DNA of 64,000 bases from an uncultured Lachnospiraceae bacterium (GTDB lineage Bacteria > Bacillota > Clostridia > Lachnospirales > Lachnospiraceae), in the NCBI GenBank assembly GCA_902475025.1, contig CABRXX010000001.1, forward strand, positions 32,454-96,453. The letters are read 5' to 3'. The stretch's first letter is position 1. Each line of letters opens with the position of its first letter. Positions 26,655 through 36,106 of this stretch are shown here, in pieces. Under the pieces are notes generated by a model that was not told the origin of the DNA, did no database searches, and saw only the letters and a list, made by a program, of their open reading frames with translations. The position numbers and the translations under genes were made by a program.

Positions 26655-27230
26655 ATGATGACAAAGAATATTATGATCGTAGGCGTTGGAGGACAGGGCT
26701 CTTTGCTGGCGAGCAAAATGCTGGGAAGACTGCTTTTGTCCCAGGGATATGACGTAAAGGTATCCGAGGTTCATGGCATGAGTCAGAGAGGCGGAAGCGT
26801 TGTGACCTATGTGCGGTATGGAGATAAGGTTTATTCGCCGGTGATTGATAAAGGGGAGGCAGACTTTATTATTTCCTTTGAAAAGCTGGAGGCAGCCAGA
26901 TGGATCTCTTACCTGAAGAAGGACGGGAAGATTATCCTGTCCACTCAGGAGATTGATCCGATGCCCGTTATCATTGGAGCTGCCCAGTATCCGGAGAAGC
27001 TGGTGGAAAAGATGCAGGAGGCGGGAGCGGATGTAGACGCCATTGACGCCCTGTCCCTAGCCATGGAGGCCGGTTCTCCCAAGGCGGTGAATCTGGTGCT
27101 TATGGGACGGCTGTCCAAATATTTTGATGCGCCTGTGGAGGCGTGGATGAAAGCATTAGAGGAATGTGTGCCGCCCAAATTCCTGGAGATGAATAAGAAG
27201 GCGTTTGCTCTGGGACGGCAGGAGCAGTAG
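26655..27230 (+). CDS. iorB: indolepyruvate:ferredoxin oxidoreductase beta subunit
   Basis: NIMIVGVGGQGSLLASK..., EVHGMSQRGGSV motif. Confidence 0.85.
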   Translation: MMTKNIMIVGVGGQGSLLASKMLGRLLLSQGYDVKVSEVHGMSQRGGSVVTYVRYGDKVYSPVIDKGEADFIISFEKLEAARWISYLKKDGKIILSTQEIDPMPVIIGAAQYPEKLVEKMQEAGADVDAIDALSLAMEAGSPKAVNLVLMGRLSKYFDAPVEAWMKALEECVPPKFLEMNKKAFALGRQEQ

Positions 27231-27327
27231 AGGAACAAAACTGCAAATATTTTTCCTGAAAATCCGGGAGCAGGCAGGTTTCAAACCGGGGAATGAGCAG
27301 GAGGTTTGTTTTATGAGGAGGGAAATT

Positions 27328-28635
27328 ATGGAAAAGCACTATTATCAGCCGGAGATTGAGACCATGCCGGTGGAGAAGATCAAGGAGCATCAGAGCCAGT
27401 GTCTGGTGAAACAGGTTCGCCATGTGTGGGACAATGTTCCCTATTATCGAAAAAAGATGGAGGCGGCAGGGGTAAGGCCGGAGGACATCCATGGGATCGA
27501 GGATTTGCACAAACTGCCTTTTGTCACCAAGGACGATCTGAGGGAGGCGTATCCTTATGGTTTGCTGGCAAAACCGCTGGAAGACTGTGTGCGGATTCAG
27601 TCCACCAGCGGCACTACGGGTCGCAGAGTGGTGGCTTTTTATACACAGCACGACCTGGATCTGTGGGAGGACTGCTGTGCCAGAGCCATTGTTGCAGCAG
27701 GAGGCTCCAGGGAGGATGTGGTTCATGTCAGCTATGGTTACGGACTTTTTACCGGAGGTCCGGGTTTAAACGGAGGCTCTCACAAGGTGGGATGCCTTAC
27801 CATTCCCATGTCCTCCGGGAACACGGAGCGGCAGATCCAATTTATGGCAGATCTGGGGTCAACGATTCTTTGCTGTACGCCTTCCTACGCAGCCTATCTG
27901 GGAGAGACGATTGCAGAAAAGGGAATGCAAAATCAGATCAGGCTGAAAGCGGGCATCTTCGGGGCAGAGGCCTGGACGGAGGAGATGCGCCGGGATATCG
28001 AAGAAAAGCTGGGTATTAAGGCTTACGATATTTATGGGCTTACAGAGATCAGCGGTCCCGGAGTGGCTTTTGAGTGTGAAGAGCAGAATGGAATGCACAT
28101 CAATGAGGATCATTTCATTGCGGAGATCATTGATCCCAAAACTGGAGAAGTGCTTCCGGAGGGAGAGAAAGGAGAACTGGTATTTACCAGTATCACCAAA
28201 GAGGCCTTTCCGCTTTTGCGCTATCGTACCAAGGATCTGTGCGTCCTCAGCAGAAAGCCCTGTTCCTGCGGCAGAACTCATATTCGTATGCATAAACCCA
28301 TGGGCAGAAGCGATGATATGCTGATCATTCGGGGCGTGAATGTATTCCCGTCTCAGATTGAAACGGTACTTTTGAATGCCGGCATGACGCCGAATTATCA
28401 GATCGTTGTGGATCGGAAAAATAATACAGATACCTTTGATATCAATGTAGAAATGTCCCAGGAGATGTTCTCGGATAATATGGCAGAAGTGTCCAACCGA
28501 GAGAAAGAACTGGTGGCTGCCCTGAAAGCAATGCTGGGGATTCAGGCGAAGGTGCATCTGGTGGCGCCCAAGTCCATTACCAGAAGCGAGGGCAAGGCAG
28601 TGCGTGTGATAGATAAGCGGAAACTGTATGAATAG
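27328..28635 (+). CDS. paaK: phenylacetate-CoA ligase family protein
   Basis: YYQPEIETMP..., STSGTTG..., IYGLTE... ATG 7 nt after AGGAGGG; the ATG at 27313 is an alternative. Confidence 0.8.
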   Translation: MEKHYYQPEIETMPVEKIKEHQSQCLVKQVRHVWDNVPYYRKKMEAAGVRPEDIHGIEDLHKLPFVTKDDLREAYPYGLLAKPLEDCVRIQSTSGTTGRRVVAFYTQHDLDLWEDCCARAIVAAGGSREDVVHVSYGYGLFTGGPGLNGGSHKVGCLTIPMSSGNTERQIQFMADLGSTILCCTPSYAAYLGETIAEKGMQNQIRLKAGIFGAEAWTEEMRRDIEEKLGIKAYDIYGLTEISGPGVAFECEEQNGMHINEDHFIAEIIDPKTGEVLPEGEKGELVFTSITKEAFPLLRYRTKDLCVLSRKPCSCGRTHIRMHKPMGRSDDMLIIRGVNVFPSQIETVLLNAGMTPNYQIVVDRKNNTDTFDINVEMSQEMFSDNMAEVSNREKELVAALKAMLGIQAKVHLVAPKSITRSEGKAVRVIDKRKLYE

Positions 28636-28649
28636 ATAGGGGGATTTTT

Positions 28650-29081
28650 ATGTCAGTGAAGCAGATTTCAGTATTTATTGAAAATAAAAGCGGAGGCCTG
28701 GCGGCCATCACCGATGAACTGGCTGCAGAGGGAATCAATCTGCGAGCCTTATCCATGGCGGACAACGCGGATTTCGGCATCCTCCGCTTAATCGTGGATG
28801 ATGTGTTTAAGGCGGGGAATGTGCTAAAGGATCATGGCCATGTGTATACCATCACCGATGTGATCGCTGTGGCTGCAGAAGATCAGCCGGGCAGTGTGGC
28901 GAAGATCATATCTATTCTGGCAAAGGAGAATATCAGTCTGGATTACACCTACGCATTTTTCCAGAAAAAGGCAGGTCTTGCCTGCATGATTATCCGGGTG
29001 GCGGATATGGCCAAGGCAGTAAAACTGCTGGGAAAGAACGGCATCCGTACCCTGTCAGAAGAAGAGCTGACAATGGTGTAG
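28650..29081 (+). CDS. ACT domain protein
   Basis: 143 aa, two ACT-like halves (ISVFIENKSGGLAAIT...). Usual last gene of ior-paaK operons. Confidence 0.75.
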   Translation: MSVKQISVFIENKSGGLAAITDELAAEGINLRALSMADNADFGILRLIVDDVFKAGNVLKDHGHVYTITDVIAVAAEDQPGSVAKIISILAKENISLDYTYAFFQKKAGLACMIIRVADMAKAVKLLGKNGIRTLSEEELTMV

Positions 29082-29164
29082 AGACAGGCGGTATGTGAGA
29101 AACCTGAACAGGGAGGAAGCAAAAGGGAAACCAGACGGTCTGGAGAGAAGGAATGTTAGGAAAG

Positions 29165-29217
29165 CCAGTGTAACAGAGGAATGAGTGACCTGTGTTACAC
29201 CGGCTTTTGTGTTTTTC
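29165..29217 (+). terminator. terminator after the ior-paaK-ACT operon
   Basis: gtgtaaca...tgttacac stem followed by cttttgtgttttt. Confidence 0.5.
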
Positions 29218-29255
29218 AGTGCCAGCAGACGATACTTGCGTCCACAGCTTCCGTT

Positions 29256-29777
29256 TTAGGTTCGTACACCCTCCAGTCTTAGCAGCCAGTCTTTGCGCTC
29301 CAGCCCTCCGGCGTAGCCGGTAAGGCTGCCGTTGGCGCCCACCACCCGGTGGCAGGGAACGATCAGAGAGATGGGGTTATGTCCCACTGCCTGCCCCACT
29401 GCCTGGGCCGAGAAGTGGGGCAGCCCTTTTTCTTTTGCCACAAGGGCGGCAATTTCTCCGTAGGTCCTTGTCTGGCCGTAGGGGATCTTGGTCAAAAGCT
29501 GCCAGATGCTCTGGCGAAAGGCGGTGCCTCTTAGATTTAGAGGGGGCGTAAAATCCGGATGAAGGCCGTTAAAATACAGATGTAGCCATTGCTTTGTCTG
29601 GTCAAACACAGGCAGAGCTTTTTCGATGGGATTTTCCGTTCCAGAGAGGGAGGAAGCAAAATATTTCTGTTTCTCAAACCAAAGTCCCGTAAGATGCTGG
29701 CCGTCGCTGGCCAGGGTGATGGTTCCCAGCGGAGAAGGGCAGTGAGTGATATAATCCGCAGTATTGATCTGATCCAT
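29256..29777 (-). CDS. ogt: methylated-DNA-protein-cysteine methyltransferase
   Basis: 173 aa. Active site IVPCHRVVGANGSLTGYAGG. Confidence 0.9.
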   Translation of the reverse strand: MDQINTADYITHCPSPLGTITLASDGQHLTGLWFEKQKYFASSLSGTENPIEKALPVFDQTKQWLHLYFNGLHPDFTPPLNLRGTAFRQSIWQLLTKIPYGQTRTYGEIAALVAKEKGLPHFSAQAVGQAVGHNPISLIVPCHRVVGANGSLTGYAGGLERKDWLLRLEGVRT

Positions 29778-29873
29778 GTTATGTGTTCTCCTACTTCTTT
29801 CTGGAAGGCGACGCTTTCTGGAACGTTCTTATTTGGAGCATCCTTATTTGGAGCGTCCCTTCTCTTCGCCAGC

Positions 29874-30191
29874 TTATTCTTCCTCCCAATTCCAGCGGCA
29901 GACATTCATATTTACGCAGCCGTTGGCCTTAAAAGAAACACCCTCCTCCAAAAGCCGGAGCCGTTGTTCAGGAAAGTGGGGAGCCAGCCGCCCGGCGCTG
30001 TTTACCACTCGGTGGCAGGGGTAGGCTCCGTAGTGTTCTGCCATGCTCAGAACCCTGCCTACCAGGCGGGAATTTTTTTCCCTGCCGATAAGCGCGGCGA
30101 TCTGTCCGTAGGAAGCCACCTTCCCGGCAGGGATTTCTTCTACTACAGATAAGATTTCATAGATAAGACGCTCATTCAGGGTAGGTGTCAT
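29874..30191 (-). CDS. MGMT-family DNA-binding-domain protein (short, YbaZ-like, Cys retained)
   Basis: 105 aa. IPAGKVASYGQIA...YPCHRVVNSAGRL. Confidence 0.8.
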   Translation of the reverse strand: MTPTLNERLIYEILSVVEEIPAGKVASYGQIAALIGREKNSRLVGRVLSMAEHYGAYPCHRVVNSAGRLAPHFPEQRLRLLEEGVSFKANGCVNMNVCRWNWEEE

Positions 30192-30541
30192 GATTGCAGC
30201 CTCCTGTTTTGCTGACGTTTTTCGTTTGCCGGCAATTTTTGCTCATGCTTCTGTTGCCTTTTTATTGTATATGGCTTCCATCCATACGGCAAGTAGAAAA
30301 ATTTTTTGTCGGTCCGTTATCCAGTGGTTTGTCTGGAAACAATTTCCATGGATAGCAGGGAGAAACAGGTAATCTTAAGATTTCATTTGACAGCTTTCGG
30401 GAATTTGTGTAAGATTTTCTTGATCTCCGAGACAGAAGTTAGGAAGAATTTCGGCTGAAAGTGGGAGGATCAGTCTTGACCGGAAGAAGGATCTTGGGAT
30501 TTTTAAACAGGAGAGGCGTTGACAGAGAGGAGACGGAAGCT

Positions 30542-31234
30542 ATGATAATAAAGAAATTTTGTGCAGCAGCAGTGACAACAGCCGTTTTTTTGACCATACC
30601 TATGGCTGCTATGGCTCAGGAGGGACTGGACTCAAAGGTAGAAATGGTGATTCCGGAGAAACATCTGATCCGCAATGAGGAGGGACGGATTATTGGGATC
30701 GATAGGACCAATGAGTCGGAAGGAGCAGAATATCACAGCGTGAGCCTTGAACAGCTGATGGAAACAGAGCAGTGGAAGGAGTATCAGGCTCTGGGCCTGA
30801 CCTGGGATGAGAAAGAAGATAAGCTGTATTTTGCTGATATGGAAGTCATATCCATAGATGATACTTATGAAAAGACTACCGCTTTGCAGTACATCCAGGA
30901 AGAGTGGTATGAGGAGGGGGAGGAGCCCAGGATTTCAGTCACTGCGGTGCGGGATTCTGACTATGAGCTCCAGTATTTTGAGTTTTATCGCTTGAATCTG
31001 AATGAGAATCTGCGCAGGGCTGCAGAGTATGTGGATGAAAGGCTGGAGGAAACGATCATGACAGCGGAGACGGACGAGGCAAAAGAACCGGAAGCGGTAT
31101 TGGAAGGGGAAGAAGAACCAGATGCGGCTTCAAAGACGGATACAGAAGAGCCTTCGGCGATTGTTTCGATAATCGGAGGCGCAGACGGCCCCACCAGTAT
31201 TTTTCTGGCGGGGAAGCTTGATGGGGAGGAATAG
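30542..31234 (+). CDS. secreted acidic protein of unknown function
   Basis: Signal peptide MIIKKFCAAAVTTAVFLTIPMAAMAQE. Glu-rich. Ends with a conserved-looking IIGGADGPTSIFLAGK tail. Confidence 0.6.
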   Translation: MIIKKFCAAAVTTAVFLTIPMAAMAQEGLDSKVEMVIPEKHLIRNEEGRIIGIDRTNESEGAEYHSVSLEQLMETEQWKEYQALGLTWDEKEDKLYFADMEVISIDDTYEKTTALQYIQEEWYEEGEEPRISVTAVRDSDYELQYFEFYRLNLNENLRRAAEYVDERLEETIMTAETDEAKEPEAVLEGEEEPDAASKTDTEEPSAIVSIIGGADGPTSIFLAGKLDGEE

Positions 31235-31263
31235 ATCCTTTTTAAGATTTGGGGAAACAGAGC

Positions 31264-31750
31264 TTACTGGTTTTTTGAATGGCAGAAGGGTTTGACCGTT
31301 TTTTCCAGCCTGTGGTAGAGATTGATAAAGATTCCCACTAAGAGGGCAGAAATGACGGTCCTTCCCGTACACCCCGGAATTTTCCGAACAGGAGGAAAGA
31401 GGCAGTGACTGCCAGGGGGGTCAGGATCGTGTCAAAGAGGATCTCCATGGTTCCATAAGATTTTCCGGTGCATTTGGCCGGGGCTTTTACGAAAGCGTTG
31501 CCGGGAGTCAGGATCAGGTCGGCCTTTACAGCCAGAGTGATTCCAAGAGCCATGACCAGGCAGCCGCCGATGAGGATGAGCAGGGAGATTCCATAGCTGG
31601 CAGGCTTGAAAGCCTCAAAGGGAGCCATGACCAGGTCAATGAGCAGGCTGAAGCAGATGGTAATAGGGATCTGCAGCAGCTGGACTTTGGGAAAGGATTT
31701 TCCCAGCAGAAGGATCTGACCAAGGAAAAACAGCATATTAAAGAGAAAGG
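31264..31750 (-). pseudogene. YczE-like membrane protein remnant (5'-truncated and frameshifted)
   Basis: Only the second half of the fold is present (FLGQILLLGKSFPKVQLLQIP...GVREG). A 1-nt frameshift near 31358-31362 separates it from the in-phase tail TVISALLVGIFINLYHRLEKTVKPFCHSKNQ*, which ends at 31264. Confidence 0.6.
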
Positions 31751-31761
31751 TGAAGTACCGT

Positions 31762-31986
31762 ATGTGGACAATTTTGTTTAGTATTTTATTTTTAATGGTA
31801 TTTGGAAAACTTCTTGGATTTTCCCTGAGAGCAGCCTGGGGACTTACCAAGGTATTGCTTGTGCTGGTCATTTTGCCGCTGATGCTGATCTTTTTGGTGA
31901 TCAAGGGCTTGCTGGCCATCGCGTTTCCGCTGCTGGCAGTGGTGGGACTGATTACGCTGGTAAAAGAGTTTGGAAAGCTGCGTTAG
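31762..31986 (+). CDS. small hydrophobic protein (74 aa, ~3 TM), hypothetical
   Basis: MWTILFSILFLMVFGKLLGF...LLAVVGLITLVKEFGKLR. Occupies the place of the missing 5' half of the YczE-like gene on the other strand. Start could also be GTG 31750. Confidence 0.4.
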   Translation: MWTILFSILFLMVFGKLLGFSLRAAWGLTKVLLVLVILPLMLIFLVIKGLLAIAFPLLAVVGLITLVKEFGKLR

Positions 31987-32180
31987 GAAGATATTCACTG
32001 GGATTTGTTTTTAGTGGGACAGAAATGTGGAAAGAAAAGTTTCAGGCGCGGTTCAATGTGGATAAAAGGAGGCGGCCCGGAGCTTCATGGAGTTTGTCCG
32101 GGAATTTTACAGGCAGCGGGCTGGCAGGGACTGCTATAAGGATAGGCCGCATTTCCTGCAAAGAATAACTTGAAAATGCT

Positions 32181-32244
32181 TCAAAATCAAAAGCCCCCAG
32201 GAACGGTGCAGGTCTGAAAGGACAGCAGCCGTATCCTGAGGGCT
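32181..32244 (-). terminator. terminator of the nucleoside ABC operon
   Basis: agcccccaggaacgg / ccgtatcctgagggct long stem. On the minus strand it is followed by ttttgatttt. Confidence 0.55.
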
Positions 32245-32313
32245 TGTTGCAATTTAGAAAATGTATTGAGAGAACCGCTGAAACATTCCCTTTGTTCCTT
32301 ATAGCGAGATCTC

Positions 32314-33318
32314 TTACCGTTCTTCCCGGAAATAGGGCAGGCCCAGGCTTTCCGGCGGCTGGTTTTCTTTCTTTCTCTGGAGACTGGAGATCACCAGCAC
32401 CAGAATGGTTACCAGGTAAGGGAGCATTTTGAAGATCTCCTGCATGGACTGGCTCAAAGGCACATAGGCAAAGAGGATATAGAGTCCGCCAAAGAGGATG
32501 GAGCCCCAGATGGCCCTCGCCGGCTTCCAGAGAGCAAAGATTACAAGAGCCACTGCCAGCCAGCCGCGGTCGCCGAAACCGTTGTTCTGCCAGGTGCCGC
32601 CTAAGTACTCCATAACAAAGTACAGGCCTCCCAGGCCGCTGATCATGCCGCCGATGCAGGTGGCGGCGTATTTATACCGGGTGACGTTGATGCTGGCGGC
32701 GTCGGCTGCCGCTGCGTTTTCCCCTACAGCCCGGAGATTCAGGCCCATTCTGGTCTTAGTCAGGAACCAGGAGGCCAGCAGGGCGATGAGGATAGCCAGG
32801 TAGGTCAAAAAGCCGTAGGAGAAAAAGATATCTCCCACAATACCCAGGTCGGACAGGAAGGGAATCTGGGTTCGGAAGGCCTGCCCTGTGGTGTACACCG
32901 TGATTTGGCCTGCGGTTCCGGTAATTTTGGAAAAGGATCCGCCCAGGAAGTTTCCGAAGCCCACGCCGAAGGTGGTGAGAGCCAGGCCGGTAACGTTCTG
33001 ATTGGCCCGCAGGGAGATGGTGAGCACACTGTAGATCAGCGCTCCTGCCAGGGAGAATAAAAGACAGCCCAGGACAGCGCAGAGAATGCCAATAAAGCCA
33101 ACAGGGTTCTGGGTGTTGATCTCATATAGGAAGGAACCGGCCAGTCCGCCGATGGCCCCCATATACATGATGCCGGGAATACCCAGATTCAGGTTTCCGG
33201 ATTTTTCTGTGATGATCTCTCCGGTAGCGCCGAACAGAAGGGGAATTCCCTGGGTGATGGCCTTCTGGATGAAGGTTACGGAAAAAATACCTTTAAATAC
33301 TGCCCATAAAAAATCCAT
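32314..33318 (-). CDS. ABC transporter permease (BMP/nucleoside system, NupQ-like)
   Basis: 334 aa polytopic protein, last gene of a BMP-type operon. Confidence 0.8.
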   Translation of the reverse strand: MDFLWAVFKGIFSVTFIQKAITQGIPLLFGATGEIITEKSGNLNLGIPGIMYMGAIGGLAGSFLYEINTQNPVGFIGILCAVLGCLLFSLAGALIYSVLTISLRANQNVTGLALTTFGVGFGNFLGGSFSKITGTAGQITVYTTGQAFRTQIPFLSDLGIVGDIFFSYGFLTYLAILIALLASWFLTKTRMGLNLRAVGENAAAADAASINVTRYKYAATCIGGMISGLGGLYFVMEYLGGTWQNNGFGDRGWLAVALVIFALWKPARAIWGSILFGGLYILFAYVPLSQSMQEIFKMLPYLVTILVLVISSLQRKKENQPPESLGLPYFREER

Positions 33319-34439
33319 CAGTGTGCCTCCTTTCTGTTTTTACCGAAGATCAGACGATAATTTACAAAGAATTCGCTGCCCAGGATGAAAAACAGGATGA
33401 TTCCTGTGATGACCTCTGAGGCGGATTCGTTTAGCTGAAATTCACTGGCAATCTGAGTGGCTCCGTTGCCCATAAATACCAGGAAAAAGGAAATCAGGAT
33501 CATGATAAATGGGTTGAACTTTGCCAGCCAGGATACGATGATGGCGGTAAACCCTCTGCCTCCCGCTGTGTTCACGGAGATGGTATGAGAGGAACCGCTT
33601 ACCAGCAAAAATCCGGTGAAGCCGCAGATCGCTCCGGAGAGGGCCATGGTGCGCATGATCACCTTCTTCACGTTGATACCTGCGTAGCGGGCGGTATTTT
33701 CGCTCTGTCCCACCACAGCGATCTCATAGCCATGCTTGGTGTATTTCAGGTAAATGAACATTAAAACGGTCAGAGTCAGAACAATGATTACATTAATGCT
33801 GTAGTTGAAATTGCCGAAAATATCCGGCAGAAATTTGGTAGTGATCCAGCCGGCCTGGGTCTTCTGGTTGATGGTGCCGATGGTGCCGCTTCCCTTTTTA
33901 GCCTCCCAGACAATGCTGAAAAAGGAGGTAAACTGGATGGCAATATAGTTCATCATCAGGGTAAATAAGGTCTCGTTGGTTTTCCAGTGGGCCTTGAACA
34001 CTGCGGGGATCAGTCCCCAGATCATGCCGGCTGCCAGGCTGGCAATGATCATTACCAGAAAAAGCACTGGAGTAGAAAGGGTGTCGCCGCAGAATTTCAT
34101 AATACCTGCGGTCATAATGCCTCCCACCAGAATCTGTCCCTCAGCGCCGATATTCCAGAAGCGCATCTTAAAGGCAGGGGTGATGGCCAGGGCAATGGCC
34201 AGCAGGATCATGGTATCCCGCATAGTGTTCCAGGTACGTCTTCCGGTTCCGATAGCTCCGTCCACCATGCTGCGGTATACCTGCAAAGGATTGCTGTGAG
34301 TGATCAGATAGATGAAAAACGCACAGACTGCCAGTGAGAGCAGGATAGCCACGGCACGGATGGCGATGGATTTTTTCAGGGTGATGGAGTCCCTTTTGAC
34401 AATGCGGACAAAAGGCTCCCTTTGTTTTTCTGCTGTCAT
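33318..34439 (-). CDS. ABC transporter permease (BMP/nucleoside system, NupP-like)
   Basis: 373 aa polytopic protein. Its stop overlaps the next start. Confidence 0.8.
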   Translation of the reverse strand: MTAEKQREPFVRIVKRDSITLKKSIAIRAVAILLSLAVCAFFIYLITHSNPLQVYRSMVDGAIGTGRRTWNTMRDTMILLAIALAITPAFKMRFWNIGAEGQILVGGIMTAGIMKFCGDTLSTPVLFLVMIIASLAAGMIWGLIPAVFKAHWKTNETLFTLMMNYIAIQFTSFFSIVWEAKKGSGTIGTINQKTQAGWITTKFLPDIFGNFNYSINVIIVLTLTVLMFIYLKYTKHGYEIAVVGQSENTARYAGINVKKVIMRTMALSGAICGFTGFLLVSGSSHTISVNTAGGRGFTAIIVSWLAKFNPFIMILISFFLVFMGNGATQIASEFQLNESASEVITGIILFFILGSEFFVNYRLIFGKNRKEAH

Positions 34440-34440
34440 A

Positions 34441-35967
34441 TTAAGCCTCCTCTCCGTGTTTGGTCATCAATAGTCCTACTTCTTCTTTTGTGGCTGTGCG
34501 GGCATCCACAATGCCGGAAACTCTGCCTCCGCACAGAACCAGGATGCGGTCCGAAAGTTCCAGAAGCACATCCAGATCCTCTCCCACATAGATCACCGCG
34601 ACGCCCTGTTCCTTCTGATCATTCAGGAGATGATAGATGGCATAGGAGGTGTTGATATCCAGTCCCCGGACAGCATAGGCGGTCATGAGAAGTTTGGGAG
34701 AATTGGCGATCTCCCGGCCTACCAGCACTTTCTGAACATTACCGCCGGAAAGGCGGCGAACCGGGTAATTGATGCTGGGAGTTACCACTTCCAGCTGATC
34801 CTTAATTTTCTCGGAAAGCTCCCTGGGATGCTTCTGTTCCAGAAGCGCATGGTGCCCGTCCCGGTAACTGCGGATCATCATATTTCCGGGCATTCCCATA
34901 TCGCCTACCAGACCCATGCCCAGCCGGTCTTCTGGCACAAAGGCCAGGGAGACGCCCATATTTTTGATCTTCATGGGATCCTTTCCCAGGAGCTCATCTG
35001 TGTGTCCGGTAGAAGGATCGGTAAACAGAATGCTCCCTTCTCCGGCCTGCAGACCGGCCACTGCTTCCAGAAGTTCCTTCTGACCGCTGCCTGCAATCCC
35101 TGCGATTCCCAAGATTTCCCCGCTGTTGGCAGTGAAACTTACATTGTCTAAAGCCTTTACTCCATATTTGTTTAAGCAGGTGAGATTTTTTACCTCCAGG
35201 CACTTTTTGGGATTTTTGGGAAGGGGACGGTCAATGTCCAGAGTCACTTTTTCTCCCACCATCATCTCAGTGAGGGAGAGTTCGGTGGCTTCGCTGGTGT
35301 TTACAGTACCGATGTATTTGCCCTTCCGGAGAATGGAAACCCGGTCAGAGATGGCCAGAACCTCATGGAGCTTGTGAGTGATAATGATAATGGCCTTTCC
35401 GTCCTTTTTCATGTTGCGGAGTACATCAAAAAGATGATCCGTCTCCTGTGGAGTGAGCACTGCGGTAGGTTCGTCCAGTATCAGAAGATTGGCGCCCCGG
35501 TACAGCATTTTTACAATCTCTACCGTCTGTTTTTCTGATACGGACATATCGTATACTTTCTTATTCAGATCCAGTTGAAAGCCATAGCGCTGGATCAGTT
35601 TGGAGATGTCTGCAATGACATCCTTCATCCGAATGATGGGGGACTGATTTTGCATTCCCAGGATGATGTTCTCCGCTGCTGTAAAGATATCGATCAGCTT
35701 AAAATGCTGGTGGATCATGCCGATGCCCAGCGCATAGGCATCTTTTGGGGAGCGGATGGTAACCTCCTTCCCATCGGCAAAGATATGTCCTTTGTCAGGG
35801 AAGTAGATGCCGGAGAGCATGTTCATCAGCGTGGTTTTTCCGCTGCCATTCTCTCCCAGCAGGGAAAGAATCTCTCCCTTTTTTACGGACAGGGATATGT
35901 TATCATTGGCAGCAACCTTGCCGAAATACTTGCAGATCCCTTTTAATTCAATGGCGTATTCAGACAT
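34441..35967 (-). CDS. ABC transporter ATP-binding protein, duplicated cassette (NupO-like)
   Basis: 508 aa. Walker A GENGSGKTT, LSGGNVQK. Confidence 0.9.
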   Translation of the reverse strand: MSEYAIELKGICKYFGKVAANDNISLSVKKGEILSLLGENGSGKTTLMNMLSGIYFPDKGHIFADGKEVTIRSPKDAYALGIGMIHQHFKLIDIFTAAENIILGMQNQSPIIRMKDVIADISKLIQRYGFQLDLNKKVYDMSVSEKQTVEIVKMLYRGANLLILDEPTAVLTPQETDHLFDVLRNMKKDGKAIIIITHKLHEVLAISDRVSILRKGKYIGTVNTSEATELSLTEMMVGEKVTLDIDRPLPKNPKKCLEVKNLTCLNKYGVKALDNVSFTANSGEILGIAGIAGSGQKELLEAVAGLQAGEGSILFTDPSTGHTDELLGKDPMKIKNMGVSLAFVPEDRLGMGLVGDMGMPGNMMIRSYRDGHHALLEQKHPRELSEKIKDQLEVVTPSINYPVRRLSGGNVQKVLVGREIANSPKLLMTAYAVRGLDINTSYAIYHLLNDQKEQGVAVIYVGEDLDVLLELSDRILVLCGGRVSGIVDARTATKEEVGLLMTKHGEEA

Positions 35968-36106
35968 ATAGATTCCTCAATTCTGTGGTAATATAACGTG
36001 AAAAATGGGGACTGCCGCACAAAAAGTGATGTTCATTTTGTGCGGCAGTCCCCAAACACGTTTGAAAGTACGTGAAATTTAGGGAAACGCGGATGCAAGC
36101 GCTTCC

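Noticed and set aside
32020-32170. Short ORFs (28-45 aa, for example MEFVREFYRQRAGRDCYKDRPHFLQRIT) between the small membrane ORF and the ABC operon terminator.
   Set aside because: RBS spacing is poor (about 14 nt), there is no recognisable family, and the frames overlap. This may be debris of the same rearrangement that truncated the YczE-like gene.
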